A DNA stretch of 64,000 bases, taken from Octopus sinensis. Lineage: Eukaryota. Each line of letters begins with the position of its first letter. The first letter of the stretch is position 1. The notes beneath the pieces were generated by a model. The model saw nothing but the letters and a program-made list of their open reading frames with translations. It was not told where the DNA came from and did no database searches. This document shows, one piece after another, positions 13,419 to 25,259 of the stretch. Location: positions 81,778,001 to 81,842,000 of the forward strand of contig NC_043006.1 in assembly GCF_006345805.1 (NCBI RefSeq), in the 5' to 3' direction. Made by a program: the position numbers and the translations under genes.

Positions 13419-13580
13419 GGCACAGGAGTGGCTGTGTGGCAAGTAGCTTGCTTACCAACCACATGGTTCCGGGTTCATTCCCACTGCGTGGCATCTTGGG
13501 CAAGTGTCTTCTACTATAGCCTCGAGCCGGCCAAAGCCTTGTGAGTGGATTTTGTAAACGGAAACTGAAAGAAGCCCGTC

Positions 13581-13630
<50 letters not shown>

Positions 13631-13856
13631 GTCTGTGTGTGTCTGTGTATACGTTTGTGTGTCTGTGTTTGTCCCCCAATATCGCTTGACAACCGATGGT
13701 GGTGCGTTTATGTCCCCGTAACTTAGCGGTTCGGCAAAAGAGACCGATAGAATAAGTACTAGACTTCCAAAGAATAAGTCCTGGGGTCGATTTGCTCGAC
13801 TAAAGGCGGTGCTCCAGCATGGCCGCAGTCAAATGAGTGAAACAAGTAAAAGAGTA
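13419..13856 (+). mobile_element. tRNA-derived SINE family B with internal (TA)n(TG)n microsatellite
   Basis: Head ggcacaggagtggctgtgtgg, CORE-like cttgggcaagtgtcttct, tail gctccagcatggccgcagtcaaatg; other copies at about 19460-19620 (+), 21318-21693 (-), 23350-23730 (-), 60490-60680 (-) and 62485-62878 (-). Confidence 0.85.
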
Positions 13857-14521
13857 TTAGTCAATGTAATTTAAACCGTCTTAGTGTTCTACACATTTTA
13901 ACTGAAGGGAAATTGTGAGAGATTTTTAAGAATGTCGTACAAACAAATTTAAAGTTCTTATCTAAGTTGAGTTTTTGTGTTCTAAAGAACTTTGTCTTTC
14001 ACGCAACAGCTGTGTCCTTCTGTTTATCACTCCATTATCTAATAATTAATTAAATAATTAATTAAATAGCAATCCGGATTCGTCTTAGGCTGCAAGGGAA
14101 AACTTAAGCGTTCTCCTGCACACAGACGGACCGACCGACAGTTCAGTTCAGTTCAGTTAAGTGCATTACGCATGTGCAAAGCCTGGTTTATAATCTCATC
14201 AATTATTTTTCTCCTTCGTGCACAGTTTGAGAAGTAGAATCTGTTAACTCTAATAACCACTAAGAGGCGAAAGGCTTAAAACCTCACACAATAATCATCA
14301 AGTCTGAATCACAGGCACGCATGGATACAGCGGGAATTATCAACATGCTACAGGATCTGATGCTAGGCTAAATAGCGTATTTATGATGTCCCTATGGTAG
14401 CGTACAAACACGCACGCGTGTGTATGAATACGCACACAGCAAACATTCGCACTTTCGTACATACACACATACATGCAATATGAAGGAAATTTGACTGGAA
14501 AGGGTCTGAGGAGGATTTGGT

Positions 14522-15102
14522 GTTTCTTATTTCTTATTTCTTTATTGCCCACAAGGGGCTACACACAGAGGGGACAAACAAGGACAGACAAACGGATTAA
14601 GTCGATTACATCAACCCCAGTGCGTAACTGGTACTTAATTTATTGACTCCGAACGGATGAAACGCAAAGTTGACCTCGGTGGAATTTGAACTCAGAACGT
14701 AGCGGCAGACGAAATACTTATTTCTTTACTTCCCACAAGGGGCTACACACAGAGAGGACAAGCAAGGACAAACAAACGGATTAAGTCGATTACATCGACC
14801 CCCGTGCGTAACTGGTACTTATTTAGTCGACCTCGGCGGAGTTTGAACTCAGAACATAGCGGCAGACGAAATACCTATTTCTTTATTACCACAAGGGGCT
14901 AAACACAGAGGGAACAAACAAGGACAGACATAGGTATTAAGTCGATTACATCGACCCCAGTTCGTAACTGGTACTTAATTTATCGACCCCGAAAGGATGA
15001 AAGGCAAAGTCGACCTCGGCGGAATTTGAACTCACAACGTAACGCAGACGAAATACCGCTAAGCATTTCGCCCGGCATGCTAACGATTGTGCCAGCTCGC
15101 CG
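14522..15102 (-). mobile_element. Tandem trimer of family A SINE (one full copy plus two head-less units)
   Basis: On the minus strand each tail ...aaagaaata(g/a)gtatttcgtctgcc runs directly into the internal start of the next unit. Confidence 0.85.
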
Positions 15103-15212
15103 GTATTTCTAGCAGGTAGTGCATCGAATGACAAGCATTTTTACTGACCACACAGAGTGTACACTCTCCGCCCCAGACAGAGTGGTGCATTACAAACAAA
15201 TGTGTATTTTCC

Positions 15213-15421
15213 TATTAATATTTAGCAGAAGCAACAGAGTGACTCAAGGACCGAGAGTTTCGTGCGTTAACACTTATCAAACTAGTTACAGATCGAGGGT
15301 TTGTAAATTTATATAACTGGTGACAATAGCATTTACCTCGATCTGTAACCAGTGTCATAAGTACTAACGCACGAAACTCTGAGCTCTTGAGTCACTTTGT
15401 TACTTCTGCAGAATATTAATA
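15213..15421. repeat. Fold-back inverted repeat (about 86-bp arms) containing a hammerhead-like motif
   Basis: Arms 15213-15298 and 15335-15421; minus strand of the left arm reads UUGAUAA-GUGU(UAAC)GCAC-GAAA-CUCUCGG-UC. Confidence 0.75.
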
Positions 15422-15557
15422 ACGTGTGTACGTACTCACGATATTCATATTGATTTCTTTCGTAAAATAAAGTAATCCAAAGGTCGTCGACTTATAAGGA
15501 AGGATAACTAGGATTGTGTAATATTTATTTCCCAAGGCCATGTGGTGGTATTACGTG

Positions 15558-15607
<50 letters not shown>

Positions 15608-15784
15608 GATACTAATAATAATAATAATAATGATAATAATAATAATAATAATAATCATATTGCTGTACATGATTAATACTGCACAGCGTATGAATTTTAT
15701 CTATTACTCTTTTTCGGATAAATACTTAGAAGAATTCTTGAGATTTATCAAGAAATATATTTCATTCATAGATCGCAGCTCAAG

Positions 15785-15829
<45 letters not shown>

Positions 15830-16032
15830 ACACACGCGCACACACATACATCATGTATGTACATGTGGATTGAGAGAGAAAAAAGACAAAGAAACAGAGA
15901 AAGATGCATACATACATGTGTGTATATATAAATATATATGTATATATATATGTATGTATGTATTTATGTTTATATATATATATATTGATAATACATAAGA
16001 TGCATATACATGTATATATATTTCATATATAC

Positions 16033-16115
<83 letters not shown>

Positions 16116-16177
16116 GGAATTTATAGAAAAGCAAAAGGCGAAGACACGTGTATGAACGCTCGAGAAAATGAAAAAGT

Positions 16178-16213
16178 CTTTTACGTTTCGAGCTTACGCT
16201 CTTCAACAGAAAG
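16178..16213 (-). ncRNA. Minimal hammerhead-like motif with A6U substitution in a Penelope-like terminal repeat fragment
   Basis: CUUU-CUGUUGA-A-GAGC(GUAA)GCUC-GAAA-CG-UA-AAAG; stem I 4 bp, stem II 4 bp with a GNRA loop; a degenerate relative lies at about 41308-41347 (+). Confidence 0.55.
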
Positions 16214-17130
16214 GAATAAGAGATAATAAACGGGGAGAGAATGAAAAAAAATATTTGATTTCAGCAGTCCGCCATGGCGAATGTGTGTGTGTCTGCATAT
16301 CTGTTATCTGTCTGTGTGTCTTCTAGGATCTCGGGCATCCTCCATCCGATTGCACTCAAATTTGATATGTAGATACCGACGGTATCAGGGCGTGTATAAG
16401 TCTTCAAAAAATTACAAACATCGATTCTAGGTGAGAATGCGATCGATAAAGCCGTGGGAACGTGCATTTGTATGCGCAAGTACATCAAGAATGTGGTTTA
16501 CATGGCTGCTCACCACTAGCTTTTCCATGCCCTTGAACATCCCGTAAAGTAAGTTAGCATAAAATTAGTTACTTCGTTCCCTAGGTTGTTGCTTCTCATC
16601 AAAAATCGCCCCAAGTTGATTTCCTACATGTTTTATCGGATAAACTTATTATTGTCCCAGGTACGTTCTCATAAATTCATCGTGATTTTCCATCTAGATT
16701 TACCTCCAGCTAACCCATTCGCATGCATCGTCGTTTCTGTCCTGCTTTTCTTCCGTCAACCTGTACATAACTGCACCTTCCATTTTTGTTGTTTTTGTAC
16801 TGCTTAAAGGCTCGTTTCTTTCCTGCCAAGCTTACTCTTTAAACCATGTTTGTGTTCTCCCAGTCAACAGCCTTATCATTACTGGTACTTTATACTCTTC
16901 GGTTGCATATTTGTGTGAATAAAATCGTTTTTGTTTTGAATAGAAAAAAAGTCCATCTTTATTTCTTCTTTTGCTGGTGTCTCAAATTTAGGTTATATCA
17001 GTGTTTCTCAAAAGGTTTCTCAGAAAATTTGGTTTAAATGTTTGACAACGCAGCACCGTCTATTGGACAGGGGGCGTTTTGCTTGTATATATATATATCT
17101 ATATGTAATATATATATATATATATGTATG

Positions 17131-17198
<68 letters not shown>

Positions 17199-17255
17199 GT
17201 AGTATAGTAACAGAAAAGAGGAATTTCGATTGTCCCCACGTAGTGGGTTTTAATG

Positions 17256-17537
17256 TATATAAGAAATTAAAAAAGGAAAATACGTACACTTACATGGTTT
17301 TCATATAATTTTTAATATATCGACCTGTTTCGCTATCGCTATTCATGATATTATGTTTAATTTGGTCCATGTTGTGTGTGATCACACACAACATGGACCA
17401 AATTTCTTCTTAAGAAAAAATATAAATTCAAATAAATTAAACATAATATCATGAATAGCGATAGCGAAACCGGTAGATATATTAAAAATTATATTAAAAC
17501 CATGTAAGAGTATTTTCCTTTTTTAATTTCTTATATA
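17256..17537. repeat. Fold-back element (about 105-bp arms) with an inner perfect 46-bp palindrome
   Basis: Arms about 17256-17363 and 17434-17537; perfect palindrome 17359-17404 centred on tgatca. Confidence 0.85.
17446..17480 (+). ncRNA. Minimal hammerhead-like motif with variant core A3-U8 (GUA site)
   Basis: AUAUC-AUGAAUA-GC(GAUA)GC-GAAA-CCGG-UA-GAUAU; stem I 5 bp, palindromic stem III ACCGGU; the mate at 17317-17351 (-) has GUC. Confidence 0.5.
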
Positions 17538-18014
17538 TATATATATATCCTCTCTCTTATCTTCACACGTGACTGACTGACCGACTGCGGGTCTTTTGGG
17601 TCTAGCAGCCGTCGGGGTAACACCAACATTTTTTTCTCTACCCACAAGGCACCTTCTTAACACGCCAGCTGAGCTTAATTCGTCCTAGTCGAAAGACGCA
17701 TGTTCGTGATGTCCTGTTATTGTTATTAATATTTTTATTATTGTTTTTACGTATTATTTTTGTATTCATATTCGTGTAACATCGTCCGTTTTTCTGTCCT
17801 TGTTTTGTATACATTCGAAGCTTTCGTCCAAGGAATCTAATGCGCTTAGTTTAGTTTTTCCTTGGGGCTGGCCACATTGGAGCAATCTCAATATTAATCA
17901 GCCGAAATTGCGAGGATGACCCGGTTCTTGACTGAAGATTGAAGGCTTCGAATGTCCGTGTTTTTTGTGTCGTCATCAAAATGTTTTGCGTTCTTGTCCC
18001 ATTTTGTATTTTTA

Positions 18015-18015
18015 T

Positions 18016-18056
<41 letters not shown>

Positions 18057-18215
18057 CATATGTATGTATATATATATATGTATGTATGTATATATATATG
18101 TATGTATATGTATATGTATATATGTATATATATATGTATTATATATGTATATATGTGTGTGTGTGTGTATATGTATATATGTATATATGTATATATATAT
18201 ATATATGTATATATG

Positions 18216-18246
<31 letters not shown>

Positions 18247-18681
18247 GTATATATGTATATAATATATGTATATATATATGTATATATATATATATGTATA
18301 TGTATATATATGTATATGTATATATATATGTATATATATATATGTAATATATATATATATGTATAATATATATGTATATATATGTATATATATATATGTA
18401 TATATATAAATGTATATATATGTATATATATGTATATATAGATGTATATATATATATGTATTATATGTATATATATATATTATATATATACATACATACT
18501 TACATACATACACTATGATCCCAACCTTTTTGCTAGCAAGCACTAGAGAATACATTTATATTCATATATATATATACACACACCTTCACACATACATTAA
18601 TGCGTGATGAGATGAATATACATGTGTGTGCATATATATTTTTGTATTTTGTTCATGCTATTATATATGTAAGCTGTGCAC

Positions 18682-18713
<32 letters not shown>

Positions 18714-18730
18714 TGTGTGTACGTGAGTGT
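18015..18730. repeat. Degenerate (AT)n/(ATGT)n microsatellite
   Basis: Seen directly. Confidence 0.9.
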
Positions 18731-20606
18731 GTTCTCGCGCGCGATTGTTCAAGCGTAATATATACATACGGAGCGAAATATATGTGAATAAGAATATATT
18801 CGTCTCTGTTCCTCCACTATGTTCCTCCCCAATGTAATTAATGTCTGAGAGTCTGTGTATGCATATGTGTGTATATGTGGTATTAGATTTTAAAATTTGT
18901 GAGCGAGTGGGCACCAGTCTACGCGTATATGTATATGTATCCGTGTGTGTGTGAATGTGCAGCCGTTTATCTTTCGTGAAGGCTATTGATTGTCTGGTTC
19001 AGAAGCTGTTAATAACATTGGCCGCGTAAATATTTTTAGAAGATTGCAACAAGCGTTTCTTGTTAGCTTCGCCGTCTTTGAGTCTCCAATTCTGATAAAT
19101 CTATAAACGTGTTTTATTTCTGAAGCAAACCTCTATTTCCAACCTGCATGTTTCGTATGCCGAGAAGAAACAAGGAAACGTTAAGAACAAATTCTGACTG
19201 AGAATACAAAGCAATTTCGATGGTTTCGTGTGCATGTGTGTGTGTGTGTTTAAAGCGGTGTACAGATATTGTATATCGAGGAAAAAAGGAGGTAGCCAGA
19301 ATTTCGGATAATTCTTTATTATTAGCGCTTTCGTTCGTTTAATTCTTCAAGATAAGAATTAAAATTCTAATTTCGATTTAAATTCTTGTCTTGAAGAGTT
19401 CCTTTAAACGAATAAAAGAGCTAATAAAGAAATATCCAAACTTCTAACTTCTTCTCGATGCGTGGGTGTGTGGTAAGAAGCTTGTTTCCCAACCATATGG
19501 TTCCGGGTTCAGTCCCACTGCGTGGCACCTTGAGCAAGTGTCTTCTGCTATAGCCTTGGGCCGACCAAAGCCTTATGAGTGGATTTAGAAGACGGAAACT
19601 GAAAGAAGTCTGTCGCATATATATATATATATATGCGTGTGTGTGTGTAGCTTTTTTGTATATTCCATTGAATTCACTCATTCAGTTGATACTTATATCA
19701 CAGACGGCAATTACAAGACTTAAACGGGGGTATCAATATTTATAAACAGTTTTCTAGAACAGCACAAGATCATAAAATTGTTATGTTTTGGAGAAAAGTC
19801 TATTATTTTCATCTTACTACATGGCTAATACTTGTTTTATCAGTCTGAGAAAAGATAATAATTTTCAAAGTTGACTTCAGCTCAAAATGTATAAAATATT
19901 ATTGGCAGCTTCTGAATTTTTGGACGTTAAATGCTTCCTGTTTTTACTGACCTCTGATGTGATATTCATATCAGCTGAATAAACTGACCTTATAAAAGAA
20001 CAATTTATTTTTATTTGCGGAAAAATCAACAGGAATGTTCTGCTAATGACCTTTAAAATAAGAGTATCGAAGATTGCCATGTCAAACTGGCCGACATCTG
20101 AGCTTTCAGCCCCACCCCCACCTCCTCTCTCTCGCATTCTCTTTCCCAGTCTTTCACTCAGTGACTGCAGAAATCAAGTCTGTCTTTTTAACCTACATGC
20201 AATTCGATAAAATAAGTAGCAGTAATATACAGATGTTGTTTCGGCGGGTCATATTCTCCAGTCCAACCTACAAAAATGTAAAACCTTTTGCAGAAGTTTC
20301 GAAGTCCGTGACAAACTATTCCTTGTAAATGTTTAATAAACATATCCTCAATTACTTATATGTACATATATGTGTATATAAGTTCAGTAAAATTTAGATT
20401 CAGTTGAATATGGTACTTAAGTTAAAGGCACCAGAATTTGGTATGGTATTATCTATATAATTCAAAAGGGGGGGATTACAATCAATGCTCTACATTTTAA
20501 AACTAATGTAATATTTGCATTGTTCAATTAAATGGAGTTGCATGAAACGATCGTACTGCATTACTTCTGGATATCCTTGTTGCTTATTTTGATGATATAT
20601 ATATAC

Positions 20607-20642
<36 letters not shown>

Positions 20643-20764
20643 GCAATTTAAATTGAATTGAAGGATTACTGAATACTTTTTAGTAGAGGACGTTTATTAA
20701 ACTTTTACAAGGAAAAGGTTGTCACGGAATTCGAAACTTCTACTTACTCGTCAGACCACACGCA

Positions 20765-20834
<70 letters not shown>

Positions 20835-23204
20835 GTGTGTGTGCAGTATGTATGTACATATATATATATGCATACAAAACGATACGAACTACATTGGTTT
20901 CAAATGCTGGTACGATACCATCAGTTTAGTGGGAGGAAGTAACTCAATTACATGAATCCCTCTGTTCAACTGGTACTTATTTTACCGACTCCCAAAGTAT
21001 AAAGAGGCAAATTCGATCCTGGACGAATTTGAACATAAAGACGTGCTGAGCATATTACCCGATGTGCTAACGATATGAACTGTATTAAAGGATGATACAC
21101 ACAATGTCGTGTTCAAAATATCTCCAGTAATCTTTCTCCCTTAGTTGAAGAAAAAGAACACAATCTTGATGACAATTATTAGCGAGTCTCACCGAAGCAG
21201 ACAATTTAATGAAATTAAGAATTAATTTTTTACATTAATTCACATAGTAAGACAAAGAACAGCATGATGTTATCTCTGTCGGCAAGTGACTATGGACATA
21301 TGTTTCGGATTATTAAATACTCTTTTACTCTTTGAGTTGTTTCAGTCATTTGACTGCGGCCATGCTGAAGCACCGCCTTTAGTCGAGCGAATCGACCCCA
21401 GGACTTATTCTTTGTAAGCCTAGTACTTATTCTATCGGGGTCTTTTGCCGAACCGCTAAGTTATAGGGACGTAAACACACCAGCATCGGTTGTCAAACGA
21501 TGTTGGGGGGGACAAAAACAGACACACAACGACGGGATTCTTTCAGTTTCCGTCTACCAGATCTACTCACAAGGCTTTGGTCGGCCCGAGGCTATAGCAG
21601 AAGACACTTGCCCAAGGTGCCACGCAGTGTGACTGAACCCGGAACCCTGTGGTCCGTAAGCAAGCTACTTACCACACAGCCACTCCTGCGCCTATCAATC
21701 ATCAGTGAATGCTATACAGCAAGAAAAGAATTCCAATGAGTCAACTGGTCGTTGTAGTTTCGATTTTATGTAAAAGTTATTTCAGTTTATTTACGCTCTT
21801 GATATCTATAATGTGTGAACATCGGAGTTTCATATTGTCTACAATAGAGATTTTTAGTTTGTCAAAAGTTTCACAGATAATATATATTCCTCGTTGTCTC
21901 AAGCATTCTGCTCAGAGTACCAATAATCAGCTAATAATCGTCTGTCAAACTGATATATTATTAGAGTACAATTGATAGGTGCTGGTGACCAAGATGAATC
22001 ACTTGATCACAAGAGCATCCTATTATCATCATCGTCGTCGTCGTTTAACGTCCGTCTTCTATGCTGGCGTAGGTTAGACGGTTTGACAGAAGCTGGCTAG
22101 GCAGAAGACTGCACCAGACTTCTGTGTTCGTTTTGGCACAATTTTTATGGCTTCCTAACATCAACCACTCCGCAGAGTGGACTGAATGCTCTTTATTTGG
22201 CACCAGCAGAAGCTGCAATTGACCAGTGCAGACAGACTGACAAATCAACAAAAAGCATGACAAACCAGTAACAGCGTGTTGAAGCTTCTCTTTAACAACG
22301 GGTCAACAACTTTTGAATGGGATACAATAAAACTTTGAATGGGATAGCACTTCTCCAGAGAAGAGACATATTAGTCAACAGAATGAATATTTAAGGGATG
22401 TAACACAAGACTAGGTGGGTAAAAAAAAAACATGAATTAGAAGTCGTTAAAGTATCAAATAAAATGCTTTACAGCATATGTTTCAGTCCTCTGCACACTT
22501 GAGTTTAAAAATTGTGGAGGTCAGCTTTGCCTTTCACTCTTCTTGGGTCAATAAATAAAGTGCCAATGAAGTACTAGAGTCGCTCCTTCTCTCTCTCGAC
22601 GTCAGAATCAATTGTACATTCGTGTGCGGCTCATACACTTCTCTCCATACACTTTCTGCAACTTTGCGTAGGCCTCTGAGCAGGTATTCTCTGTCGTGGT
22701 CAATCCGGCGATCACACGCTACACACCTGCTTCCAAGCACTGCTGTGAAGAGTAGAAGTGAACTAGAACGTTAATTCTTGGTGCACATGCACAGCTGAGT
22801 TCAAGGTTAACCTGTGGCAAGCGGTTTCACTCTGCATGCTTTTAGCTTCGTTACTATGGCAGCAGTCCTGATACTTATTGATCAGACCTCATATATATAT
22901 ATTAATAGTAATAGTATGACAACAAAAGAATGTTGTGTAAATAGAGGAATTTATCAGTAATATATGTGACACTTATTCAGTTGCCATAATAAAACTCCGA
23001 GTTTCGGGTGTTGGGGCAGAAATCTGCTCCTAATGGCCATTAAACGATCATTTTCATAGCATTTTCGTTTGTCTCAATAACTGACGAGACGCTGGAGCAG
23101 ATTTCCGTCCCGACATCCGAAACTCGGAGTGTTATTATGACAATCAAATAATTGACACATATTATATTACAGATATATATGTATAAATATATATATATAT
23201 ATAT

Positions 23205-23283
<79 letters not shown>

Positions 23284-24377
23284 TATGTATATGTATATGG
23301 CAACAGGAAATAATTGCAGCAACAACAATAGTCATTAACTTTTATCATTTGTTTCAGTGCTTGGATTCAGACCATGCTGGAGCACTGCCTTCAAGACATT
23401 GACCCCAGTACTTATATTTGCCTGGTACTCATTTGTTAGGTATTTATTGTTAGCCTGATACTTATTCTATAAATTTCTTGCTGAACCACTAAGTTACAAT
23501 AATGTTAACAAACCAACAATGGTTGTCAAGCAATGAGACAAACACACACACAAACGCGCACACACACGAGATTGGCTTCCACACACCCTCCATGTACCAA
23601 ATTTACTCACAAGGAATTGGTTAGCTTAGCGGTGTACTAGAAGACATGGGATCAAGGCACCATGTAGTGGGAATGACTCCAATATCACACAATTACAAAG
23701 CAGGCTTCCTCACCACACAGCTATACATATTTATATTGCCTCCATTTTTTAAGACAATGAGCCGGCAGAATCATAAGCACACCAGGTAAAATGCTTGGAG
23801 GCATTTAAACTGTCTTTTTTATATTCTGAGTTCATTCTGCACACGCAGAGCAGAGTTTAAGGTCAATCAGTGCCAAACGGCTTCACTCTGCATGCTTTAG
23901 CTTCGTTACTATGGCAACAGTCCAGATACTTATTGATCAGACTATGTATATATGATGGACTCTCATGTATATATGAAGATGACATATGAACATTCAGTTT
24001 TTTTTTTCCGAACAACCTGTACAAATGATTTATTTTAGTGATCAAATGATGAAATGTTGGAAATGTCCAAGAACACAATAAGGAGCAATAATGCGTAGAA
24101 GGGAAATAAAGAATGGACTAAAACTTATGAGTCCCATCACAAGCGAATTTGGTTATCTTTTAGTCAGGAGTGATAGCAGTGATCTTGACCTTTCGGTCAA
24201 TAAAATAAATACCAGTCATGTACTGGAGTCAAGGAAATCGACAAACCCCCTCACCCCATGTTGCTGGCCTTGTGCCAAAATTAGAACCCAATATTGTCTC
24301 CATTTTTACTTATTTTCTTTGAAATATTTCTTTCATGATGCCTGCACTATTTTGGCTTTTCTGTTTGTCTTTTTCTG

Positions 24378-24972
24378 ATTGTCATGTTAGAGGAGGTGAG
24401 GATTTTTAAGTATCTAGGATCAGATGTTGGTGGATGGGGGAGGGTTGGATGAGGTAGTGAGATATAGAGTGAGGGAGGGGAGTAAGATACTTGGAGTTGT
24501 GGAAGGTATGCTGAGAGATAAAAGGTTGAGTATGAAGGCGAAAAGAGGTGTGTATGAAGGAGTGATTGTGCTGACAATGTTATATGGTGCAGAGATGTGG
24601 GGTCCAAGAGAAGCGGAAAGGAGTCGACCAGATGTGTTTGAGATGAGATGTTTCAGGGGCATGGTTGGTGTGACATGGATGGACAGGATGAGGAATGAGG
24701 AGGTGTGAAGACAAGCATGCATGAGAGAAAATCTAACAACCAGAATGGATAGACGAATGTTGAAGTGGTTTAGCCACATGGAGAGAATGGATGAGGAGCA
24801 GATGGTAAGGAGGATGATGAAAGCAGAAGTGGTAAGCTGCAGAACCAGAGGCAGACCTTGGTTTGTGTGGATGGATGGAGTGAGGAAAGCTTTGGTGATT
24901 AATGGTGGAGTGAGAGAGGCAAGAGAGTTCATAAATGATAGGAAAGCTTGGAGAGTGTTTGTGGATGGATGA
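24378..24972 (+). mobile_element. RTE-clade LINE, degraded 3-prime end of the reverse-transcriptase ORF
   Basis: FKYLGS, MLYGAEMW, FEMRCFR...VTWMDRMRNEEV, MLKWFSHMERM and RGRPWFVWMDGV match RTE RT C-terminal motifs; interrupted by a stop and a frameshift. Confidence 0.9.
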
Positions 24973-25259
24973 GCGAATTGATGTTGCTCAAAGGGGTACA
25001 GAACCAGTATGATGTGGCGGGGGTAAACCAGCATATGCTGTCATGCCCTGCTGCTGATATCAGGGGTTGCGTTCTATGATTTGACCAGAACAGGGCTCGC
25101 CTCTTTGAGCTAGGAAATGAATGGAATGCTTGATGTGTCTTGTTGTAGTTACCCGCTCCTAAAAAAATGGGGAATAGAGTTGGATGTACATATATATATA
25201 TATATTTCGTTTTGGGATTTACTTTGCAAGATTCTTTATATGAGTTTTTGTGTTGGATC

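Noticed and set aside
14522-15102. CRISPR-like repeat array (also the repeats at about 62090-62220)
   Set aside because: Eukaryotic context; the units are SINE multimers or RTE-tail minisatellites without unique spacers or cas genes.
24420-25034. 204-aa minus-strand ORF
   Set aside because: Antisense shadow of the RTE reverse-transcriptase fragment.
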